A stretch of DNA of 11,411 nt from a virus (Duplodnaviria; Heunggongvirae; Uroviricota; Caudoviricetes): the IMG/VR virus record IMGVR_UViG_2713896907_000009, positions 1 to 11,411 of that record; one strand, 5' to 3'. Below, piece after piece: positions 5,728 to 11,411 of this stretch. The position numbers and the translations under genes are program-made. The notes under the pieces were generated by a model. That model saw only the letters and a list, made by a program, of their open reading frames with translations. It was not told where the DNA came from and searched no databases. Every line of letters starts with the position of its first letter. Position 1 is the first letter of the stretch.

Positions 5728-6312
5728 ATGAAAAGTATCCAGGACGTCCGCAGGCAAAATCTCAACGACTTGATCGACCGTGAATTCAATGGTGTTCAGA
5801 CGCGGATGGCAGAAAAACTTGGAACTCAGGCAAATCTGGTAAACCGCTGGGCTCTTGGCAAGAAGGTTATCGGCGACCAGGTTGCGCGAAAAATTGAAGC
5901 TGCCGCCAATAAACCCCGTAACTGGCTTGATATCGATCGCTCGCTTTCTCAGGAAGGTTTTCAGCCTGTCGGACCAAGCGACATTGGTCAGCTGGCGGCT
6001 CACAACCTGGAACGCTGGATGAGCGAAAGCCGCGACCTTTCAACGCAGGGAAAACTTCACCGCGCATCCGGCGTCGCCCAGGTGACAATCAGCCGCCTGT
6101 TAAACAATGAGGTCAGCGTTTCCATTTCCACCCTGGAGAATGTTGCATCAGCATTCGGGCGTCACGGATATGAACTACTGATTCACCCACACGACCCTGC
6201 GACTATCAACTATGACCGCTCGCGCTACGCTTTGTTACCCGAAACCGAGAAAGCAAAGATCGAAAGTTACATTGAATTTGTCATCAACCAGAACGAAAAA
6301 AACAAACAATAA
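5728..6312 (+). CDS. Phage repressor-like protein with two tandem XRE-type HTH domains and no S24 peptidase domain
   Basis: ORF 5728-6312. HTH 1 about aa 25-70 (VQTRMAEKLGTQANLVNRWALGKK...); HTH 2 about aa 105-150 (LHRASGVAQVTISRLLNNEVSVSISTLENVASAF). C-terminus has no Ser/Lys dyad or Ala-Gly cleavage context. Flanked on both sides by TTACC-N5-GGTAA sites. Confidence 0.65.
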   Translation: MKSIQDVRRQNLNDLIDREFNGVQTRMAEKLGTQANLVNRWALGKKVIGDQVARKIEAAANKPRNWLDIDRSLSQEGFQPVGPSDIGQLAAHNLERWMSESRDLSTQGKLHRASGVAQVTISRLLNNEVSVSISTLENVASAFGRHGYELLIHPHDPATINYDRSRYALLPETEKAKIESYIEFVINQNEKNKQ

Positions 6313-6332
6313 AATCATATTTTTCAGTAAGT

Positions 6333-6358
6333 AAGCCGCCTTCTGGCGGCTTTTTTAT
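6333..6358 (+). terminator. Rho-independent terminator downstream of the repressor gene
   Basis: Perfect 8-bp stem aagccgcc / ggcggctt (6333-6340 and 6345-6352), 4-nt loop ttct, followed by a T-tract (TTTTTTATT). Confidence 0.7.
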
Positions 6359-6368
6359 TGCCTATTTG

Positions 6369-6446
6369 ATTACCTATCGGGTAATTTTTTTAACTCATAT
6401 CTATTGACATCAAACCAAATACGCATAATCATTACCTAAACGGTAA
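6369..6446 (+). promoter_or_regulatory. Rightward early promoter (PL-like) flanked by two TTACC-N5-GGTAA operator-like palindromes
   Basis: Sites at 6369-6385 (ATTACC TATCG GGTAAT) and 6432-6446 (TTACC TAAAC GGTAA), plus a GGTAA half-site at 6456-6460 that overlaps the SD of the first gene. Consensus -35 TTGACA at 6404-6409; the best -10 candidate CATAAT (6424-6429) gives a short 14-bp spacer, so the exact -10 is uncertain. Confidence 0.5.
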
Positions 6447-6465
6447 CAAACCGAGGTAACAAGTT

Positions 6466-6618
6466 ATGCAGTGGAAAATCATCAACGGTTGGTACTGCGT
6501 TACTGCATGCGGATTCATGAGCTGGAAGTTCCGCACCTTACAGGAAGGTATTAAGTGGGCTTTCGTCAGCAAAGAAGCTCGCGATGTGGCCAACGATAAC
6601 GAGATATGGGAGGGCTGA
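6466..6618 (+). CDS. Small Trp-rich protein (50 aa), first gene of the rightward early operon; unknown function
   Basis: Not in the supplied ORF track (below its size cut-off). ATG 6466 preceded by GAGG at about 9 nt; my own translation is MQWKIINGWYCVTACGFMSWKFRTLQEGIKWAFVSKEARDVANDNEIWEG. Its stop is 2 nt before the next gene's ATG and its 3-prime end encodes that gene's SD (GGGAGGG). Confidence 0.4.
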   Translation: MQWKIINGWYCVTACGFMSWKFRTLQEGIKWAFVSKEARDVANDNEIWEG

Positions 6619-6620
6619 TA

Positions 6621-6920
6621 ATGAACGTTAATCAGCAGAAAAATCTTCAAAAAATCATGCTGGCATTCGACAAGGACTACCGCCTGTCAGAACAGCTATA
6701 TGACCGACAAGTTGAACTGATTGAGAGCATCCGACTTCATCAACTGTCCTCAACTTTCGACGTTGTAACAGGCAAAGGCGTTCGTCAGGAAGTGCTGGAG
6801 GCTGCTAAAGACAGCCCTGAGTTCGAAGAACTGATGGATGCCTACCGGCGCGAGGCAATGGCAATTATAGCGCGCTGGGATCTGGCGGATCAGCTTGATG
6901 GGCAGAGGGACGCGGCATGA
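6621..6920 (+). CDS. Hypothetical phage protein (99 aa) immediately upstream of exo/bet
   Basis: ORF-track frame 6606-6920; start placed at ATG 6621 (MNVNQQ...) with GGGAGGG SD at 6 nt. Stop overlaps the exonuclease ATG (ATGA). No family recognised. Confidence 0.6.
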   Translation: MNVNQQKNLQKIMLAFDKDYRLSEQLYDRQVELIESIRLHQLSSTFDVVTGKGVRQEVLEAAKDSPEFEELMDAYRREAMAIIARWDLADQLDGQRDAA

Positions 6921-7738
6921 AACCGGGAATTTATTTCGACATCAGCAACGAAGACTACCACGCAGGTGACGGCGTGAGTAAGTCGCAACTGGACATGGTT
7001 GCCAAGAATCCGGCGCTTCTTAAATGGGTTCAGGCAGCACCAGAAGACGAAGAGAAAAAGTCTGCACTGGATATGGGAACCGCATTGCACTGCCTGCTTC
7101 TGGAACCTGGAGAATTCGACAAACGCTTCATCGTTTCACCGAAATTCGATCGTCGGACAAAACAAGGTAAAGCTGACGAAGAAGCATTTCTTCGTGATGT
7201 GGCGGATATGGGTATTACGGTACTTGATGTCGAGCAGTGGCGAAAACTGGAGCTGATGCGTGATAGCGCAATGGCTCATCCGGCGGCACGCTGGATGTTG
7301 GAAGCACCTGGTTACTGCGAAGCATCAATGTACTGGAACGATGAAGAGACGGGTGAGTTGTGCCGAATTCGTCCAGACAAATGGCTGAACGAGCACAACG
7401 TGATCGTCGACGTGAAAAAGGTTGCAGATATGGACCGTTTTGCACGCCACATCGAGGAATTCCGCTACCACGTGCAGGACGCAATGTACCGCGAAGGCGC
7501 AATGAGGGTTACTGGTCAGCCGCATGGTTTTTTCTTTCTTGCCGTGAGCGAAAGCATTGATTGTGGTCGGTATCCGGTACGCGTGTTCGAGCTGGATGCG
7601 CCGGATGTCGATGCCGGGCACGCTCTGTTCCGCCGGGATCTGAATACCTATCACGAATGCCGCATCAACGATGAGTGGGGCGGAGTGGAAATTATTAAAC
7701 GCCCTGACTGGGCACGTAAACAGGATATGTACGTATGA
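6917..7738 (+). CDS. PD-(D/E)XK family exonuclease (phage recombination exonuclease, RecB-like nuclease fold)
   Basis: ORF 6917-7738. Motifs in order: IRPDKW (D), VIVDVKK (D-x-K), QDAMYREG (QxxxY), the arrangement of RecB/Cas4-type PD-(D/E)XK nucleases. Coupled (ATGA) to the downstream Bet-like gene. Confidence 0.7.
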   Translation: MKPGIYFDISNEDYHAGDGVSKSQLDMVAKNPALLKWVQAAPEDEEKKSALDMGTALHCLLLEPGEFDKRFIVSPKFDRRTKQGKADEEAFLRDVADMGITVLDVEQWRKLELMRDSAMAHPAARWMLEAPGYCEASMYWNDEETGELCRIRPDKWLNEHNVIVDVKKVADMDRFARHIEEFRYHVQDAMYREGAMRVTGQPHGFFFLAVSESIDCGRYPVRVFELDAPDVDAGHALFRRDLNTYHECRINDEWGGVEIIKRPDWARKQDMYV

Positions 7739-8616
7739 GCAATGATATCGCAATCACATCACAACCTGGCGCAACTGTAGGTACTGCTGCGGCAATCTTC
7801 AGCCCGGAGGGCATGAATCAACTGGTGCGTTTCGCGGAGTTGATGTCACAAAGCAAAGCGACTGTACCGAAACATCTTGAAGGCAAACCTGCCGATTGCC
7901 TGGCGGTGACCATGCAGGCGGCACAGTGGGGAATGAACCCGTTCGCCGTGGCGCAGAAAACGCATGTGGTAAACGGAACGTTAGGCTACGAAGCACAGTT
8001 GGTAAACGCGGTCGTATCCTCTTCCAGCCTGCTGGCGACACGCCTGAATTATCGCTGGAGCGGTGACTGGTCGAATGTTAACGGCAAAACAGATAAATCA
8101 CCGAATCTGACGGTAACTGTGTCAGCAGTTCTTAAAGGAGAAGCAGAACCACGTGAGCTTACCATCAGTATGGCGCAAGCCGGAGTGCGTAACTCTCCAT
8201 TGTGGGAACAGGATCCGCGCCAGCAGCTTGCCTATCTTTGCACGAAACGATGGGCTCGCCTGCACGCTCCTGATGTACTTCTCGGTGTTTACACCCCTGA
8301 AGAATTACAGGAAACGGCACCGCGCGTTGAGCGAGACATTACTCCGCAAACAACTACGGCTGCGGGAATGAATAGTCTGATCAACGCTAAAACAGTGAAA
8401 AAGCCTGATGAGCAAACGCGTAAAGCGGATAGCCGTGATCCAGAAGAAATGCTGATGGCCTTTACCAGCGCAGCAATGAATTACAGCACTGTCTCCGAAC
8501 TGGATAAGGCTTACAAATACATTGCACAAAAACTTTCAGATGATGACGAACTGCTGGCAAAAGCCACCGACGTTTACAGCGTTCGTCGGGAAGAATTAAA
8601 CGAAACATCTATGTAA
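7735..8616 (+). CDS. Single-strand annealing protein, Bet/RecT (Red-beta) family
   Basis: ORF 7735-8616. Segments GMNPFAVAQKTHVV, PLWEQDPRQQLAYLCTKRWARL and ERDITP parallel lambda Bet as I recall it (GLNPWTKEIYAF, PWQSHPKRMLRHKAMIQCARL, ERDITP). Sits directly downstream of a nuclease, as in exo/bet and recE/recT pairs. Confidence 0.75.
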   Translation: MSNDIAITSQPGATVGTAAAIFSPEGMNQLVRFAELMSQSKATVPKHLEGKPADCLAVTMQAAQWGMNPFAVAQKTHVVNGTLGYEAQLVNAVVSSSSLLATRLNYRWSGDWSNVNGKTDKSPNLTVTVSAVLKGEAEPRELTISMAQAGVRNSPLWEQDPRQQLAYLCTKRWARLHAPDVLLGVYTPEELQETAPRVERDITPQTTTAAGMNSLINAKTVKKPDEQTRKADSRDPEEMLMAFTSAAMNYSTVSELDKAYKYIAQKLSDDDELLAKATDVYSVRREELNETSM

Positions 8617-8665
8617 CCACCACCGCGGCGCCACGCGCGCCGCACTGCAACCAAGAGAGGTATTT

Positions 8666-8914
8666 ATGAAAGGTGCATTAGGTAAGAAGGAACTCCTGGC
8701 GGTGGTGCCACTGTCATGGAGCACTATCGACCGTATGGAGCGCGCAGGGGAATTTCCTAAACGCTGGTATATCACCGATAAACGCTGCGCATGGAACCGT
8801 GACGAAGTTGAGCGTTGGCTTGATGAACGTCAAGCAGCAAGCCCGGCAGAGTTCCAGGGTAAAAAACCTCCTGTTCAGCAACGTGTATATCGTCCCGTGA
8901 GCAACGCTGCATGA
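8666..8914 (+). CDS. AlpA/excisionase-like small HTH protein (82 aa)
   Basis: ORF 8666-8914, SD GAGAGG. Segment KKELLAVVPLSWSTIDRMERAGEFPKRWYI...WNRDEVERWL has the layout of AlpA/Xis-type winged-helix excisionases. Lies between the recombination genes and the integrase. Confidence 0.6.
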   Translation: MKGALGKKELLAVVPLSWSTIDRMERAGEFPKRWYITDKRCAWNRDEVERWLDERQAASPAEFQGKKPPVQQRVYRPVSNAA

Positions 8915-9023
8915 GTGCGCTGCTAAGGCACTGGAGCAAATGGTCAGGATGGTACTTATTCCTAGCCTCTGTTTCAGCATGGCTTTATCTGCTGGCATTA
9001 ATTTTCAGAGAGGGTTGGATTAA

Positions 9024-9323
9024 GTGAGAAAGTTAAGCCGACTTGAAAAATATCACATGAACAAGGTTTCAATGCGCAGCCCTTCAAAGGTTGTTGCCGT
9101 TACTCCTGCGGCGATAGAGATCGAAAAACGCGCGATTGAAAGAGAGAAAAAAGGGCAGTTCCGCATTGCCGCCCACCTTTGGCTTCAGTGTATGGATGTT
9201 GCTTCTGGTGATGTTGAGCGTGCAAGGATCGCGGTTCGCAGGAACCAATGTATCACAAAAGGTAACGGCCTTCGCCGTGGAGACTATAGCGGCATAGGAT
9301 GTTGTGGGGTGGTTTATGACTAA
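9024..9323 (+). CDS. Small regulator-like protein, PerC/ANR-like (tentative)
   Basis: ORF 9024-9323 with GTG start; alternative ATGs at 9059 and 9074. Segment AIEREKKGQFRIAAHLWLQC...ARIAVRRNQC resembles the conserved core of PerC/ANR-family small regulators as I recall it. Start codon not certain. Confidence 0.4.
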   Translation: MRKLSRLEKYHMNKVSMRSPSKVVAVTPAAIEIEKRAIEREKKGQFRIAAHLWLQCMDVASGDVERARIAVRRNQCITKGNGLRRGDYSGIGCCGVVYD

Positions 9324-9966
9324 GAAATACACACTAATCTATGCAGATCCACCCTGGGTATACCGGGACAAAGCCGCAGATGGTAATCGCGGTGCCAGTT
9401 TTAAATATCCGGTTATGAGTGTGCTGGATATCTGCCGCCTTCCTGTGTGGGATTTGGCCGATGAAAACTGTCTGTTGGCCATGTGGTGGGTGCCAACACA
9501 ACCACTCGAAGCACTAAAAGTTGTTGAAGCCTGGGGATTCCGTCTGATGACCATGAAGGGCTTCACGTGGATAAAATGTGGTAGTCGACAACCAGATAAA
9601 CTGGTTATGGGTATGGGTCACATGACTCGCGCCAATAGTGAAGATTGCCTGTTTGCAGTAAAGGGAAAACTACCTCCGCGCATTAATGCAGGGATCGTTC
9701 AGTCATTTACCGCACCGCGGCTTGAGCATTCAAGAAAACCAGATGTCGTTCGTGAAAAACTTGTGCAATTGTTAGGCGATGTTTCTCGCATTGAACTGTT
9801 CGCCCGCCAGACGTCTCATGGCTTCGATGTTTGGGGTAATCAGTGCGAAGACCCGGCAGTGCAACTACACCCTGGATACGCGTTGGATATTGGCGGATTA
9901 ACAAATGCATTCGGCAATGCTCCGCTGTCACCAACAGACAACCAGGGGCGGGAGCATGCAGCATGA
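9316..9966 (+). CDS. MT-A70 family N6-adenine DNA methyltransferase (orphan; no restriction partner in window)
   Basis: ORF-track frame 9304-9966; start placed at ATG 9316 (MTKKYTLIYADPPW...) with GGGGTGG SD. Contains the catalytic DPPW motif near the N-terminus, characteristic of MT-A70/Dam-like phage adenine methylases. Confidence 0.75.
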   Translation: MTKKYTLIYADPPWVYRDKAADGNRGASFKYPVMSVLDICRLPVWDLADENCLLAMWWVPTQPLEALKVVEAWGFRLMTMKGFTWIKCGSRQPDKLVMGMGHMTRANSEDCLFAVKGKLPPRINAGIVQSFTAPRLEHSRKPDVVREKLVQLLGDVSRIELFARQTSHGFDVWGNQCEDPAVQLHPGYALDIGGLTNAFGNAPLSPTDNQGREHAA

Positions 9967-10157
9967 ACAGGGCATCACCAGCAGATTTAAGGAAATACCT
10001 TGAAACTGCAAAAATGCTTGCACACAGCGGGATCAGGTTTGTTCCAATTCCCGCTGTCACTGATGCTGAATTTGCAACGCTGTCAGCAATATTCGCAGAC
10101 AAAATTGAATCACTGGCATCAGAAGCCGAGATGGAAGAAAATCAGCAGAATAATTAA
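9963..10157 (+). CDS. Small hypothetical protein (64 aa), translationally coupled to the methyltransferase
   Basis: Internal ATG of ORF 9843-10157 at 9963 overlaps the methyltransferase stop (ATGA); product MNRASPADLRKYLETAKMLAHSGIRF... has an acidic C-terminus. The longer ORF-track version would lie wholly inside the methyltransferase gene in another frame. Confidence 0.45.
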   Translation: MNRASPADLRKYLETAKMLAHSGIRFVPIPAVTDAEFATLSAIFADKIESLASEAEMEENQQNN

Positions 10158-10160
10158 ACG

Positions 10161-11411
10161 TTATTCCCCCGCCATCCACTTCTCAAACTTCGACGGGGAG
10201 AACGGAATCAGATCCGTATGCTCCCCGTTAATCCAGGAATCAATCATATCGGCCCACTGCTGCAACATGTAGGCGCGCTGTCTTGCGTATTCCGCTTTGT
10301 TATATACGGCGCGCACACCTTTCTGCTCATGTGCCAGAGCCTTTTCAATCCAGTCTGAAGGATAACCAGCCTCATGCAACAACGTACTTGCTGTACGGCG
10401 CATATCATGTACAGTGAAGTCCTGAATATGCTCACCATCTTCATTTATTATTTTCACCGTTCTGTCGATCAGAGAGTTCAGCGCGGCATTAGATAATGGC
10501 TTCCGGAAGTTGTAACGACCAGGAACCAGATATTCACTTCCACCAGCGCACATCTGCAACCCGACCAATATATCCTGTGCCTGTTTAGGCAGGTAAATAA
10601 CGTGCGCCCGGCTTCCCTTCATGCGGTCTGAAGGAATTGTCCATGTCCATTTTTTAAAATCTATTTCGTCCCACGTTGCATTAGTGAATTCGCCCTTACG
10701 AACCATAGTGATAAGCACCAGCTTTAAAGCCAGTTTCATAGTGCCCATAGCACCAATGGCATCCAGTGTGCGGAAGAACAGGCCAATTTCTTCTGGTGTC
10801 AGTGTTCGCTCTCGTGGTTTAAATATGGCGATAGACGAAGGTTTAATGTCAGCCGCAGGATTAAACAAACCATGACCACGGTCATTGGCGTGACGGTATA
10901 CGCTGCTGATGATCTCCCTGGCCTGTACTGCTGTTGCCCGACCACCGCGTTCGACAATCCGGTCACACAAATCACGAACCATCGATGTGGTAATTTCAGC
11001 CATCATTTTGTTGCCAAGAACCGGAAGTATGTCACGGTCGATCACCGCCAGCTTCATTGCGCGGGTACTGTCAGCCAGGATGACGTGTTTCATATAACTG
11101 TCGGTATGTACCGCAAACGTCTCGGCACCACGAATCTTTTTAATACCGTCACGTTTAGCCGCAGCCGGTGACTGGCCTGCTTTAAGCAGCTTCTTTGCAG
11201 CAATCAGTTCTTCCCGCGCTTCTGCCAGGCTGATACCGTCACGCCCATACTGCCCGATTACCAGTGTTTCGCGGCGACCGTTGATACGGTAGTCATAGCG
11301 AAACGAGACCGTACCTGACGTAAGCACAGCTACATACAGCCCGTCACGATCGGAAACTTTGTACAGTTTGTCCTGTGGCTTGAGGTTCTTTAATTTTGTA
11401 TCGGTAAGCAC
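10161..11411 (-). CDS. int: Tyrosine site-specific integrase (P4-type phage integrase family); N-terminus at or beyond the window edge
   Basis: 416-codon minus-strand frame reaching the last base of the window (apparent GTG at 11411, may be truncated). N-terminal LTDTKLKNLKP...DGLYV and C-terminal HDMRRTASTLL ... ALAH....VRAVYNKAEY (HxxR and catalytic Tyr region) match P4-like integrases. Confidence 0.85.
   Translation of the reverse strand: MLTDTKLKNLKPQDKLYKVSDRDGLYVAVLTSGTVSFRYDYRINGRRETLVIGQYGRDGISLAEAREELIAAKKLLKAGQSPAAAKRDGIKKIRGAETFAVHTDSYMKHVILADSTRAMKLAVIDRDILPVLGNKMMAEITTSMVRDLCDRIVERGGRATAVQAREIISSVYRHANDRGHGLFNPAADIKPSSIAIFKPRERTLTPEEIGLFFRTLDAIGAMGTMKLALKLVLITMVRKGEFTNATWDEIDFKKWTWTIPSDRMKGSRAHVIYLPKQAQDILVGLQMCAGGSEYLVPGRYNFRKPLSNAALNSLIDRTVKIINEDGEHIQDFTVHDMRRTASTLLHEAGYPSDWIEKALAHEQKGVRAVYNKAEYARQRAYMLQQWADMIDSWINGEHTDLIPFSPSKFEKWMAGE

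Larger units (their letters stand above)
1..11411. mobile_element. Internal segment of an integrated temperate phage (lambdoid-type mosaic prophage); both ends lie outside the window
   Basis: Gene content and order typical of temperate phages: integrase, excisionase-like, exo/Bet recombination pair, divergent repressor/Cro-like pair with operators, O-like and P-like replication genes, iterons, many small overlapping ORFs with ATGA/GTGA-type coupled junctions. No att site or tRNA seen inside the window. Confidence 0.75.

Noticed and set aside
7215-8041. Minus-strand ORFs 7215-7502, 7325-7753 and 7799-8041 inside the exo and bet genes
   Set aside because: They overlap well-supported plus-strand genes with recognisable nuclease and Bet motifs; Pro/Arg-rich antisense composition.
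9339-10102. Minus-strand ORFs 9339-9566 and 9707-10102 inside the methyltransferase region
   Set aside because: Antisense to the DPPW-motif methyltransferase gene and lacking translation signals.
10244-11171. ORFs inside the integrase region (10244-10444 minus; 10621-10875, 10872-11171 and 10909-11097 plus)
   Set aside because: All overlap the long integrase frame, which has clear integrase motifs; treated as shadow ORFs.
1-11411. Search for tRNA, rRNA, attachment-site repeats or a complete defence operon (restriction-modification, toxin-antitoxin, CRISPR-Cas, retron)
   Set aside because: No cloverleaf-like or rRNA-like sequence, no long terminal direct repeats, no restriction enzyme partner for the methyltransferase, and no reverse transcriptase or cas-like gene were recognisable by eye. 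Absence is provisional without computational scans.

Overview
This window reads as an internal segment of an integrated temperate phage of the lambdoid mosaic type, probably enterobacterial, with no rRNA, tRNA or CRISPR array. All family assignments below come from reading the supplied translations and recognising motifs from memory; no database search was run. I do not see convincing evidence for a complete novel defence system. Left to right: (1) a tightly packed leftward operon of small accessory genes (1-3237, minus strand) including a paralogous pair, a 72-aa single-TM peptide, a Zn-ribbon protein, an Ea22-like coiled-coil protein and a DUF1064-like protein; (2) a replication module on the minus strand, with a lambda-P-like helicase loader (3355-4140) and an O-like initiator (4137-4976) carrying three perfect 24-bp iterons inside its coding sequence; (3) an immunity region with a Cro-like gene (5343-5573, minus) divergent from a tandem-HTH repressor lacking any peptidase domain (5728-6312, plus), with a 15-bp palindrome TTACC-N5-GGTAA recurring in four intergenic regions; (4) a rightward, translationally coupled operon containing a PD-(D/E)XK exonuclease and a Bet/RecT-family annealing protein (6466-8616); (5) an accessory stretch with an AlpA/excisionase-like gene, a PerC/ANR-like small regulator, an orphan MT-A70 adenine methyltransferase and a 64-aa protein (8666-10157); (6) a P4-type tyrosine integrase on the minus strand running off the right edge (10161-11411). 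The most distinctive observations are the operator-like palindrome set with conserved promoter geometry, the iteron origin, an inverted repeat that could sequester the O-like gene's ribosome-binding site, and a junction motif repeated at four consecutive gene boundaries.
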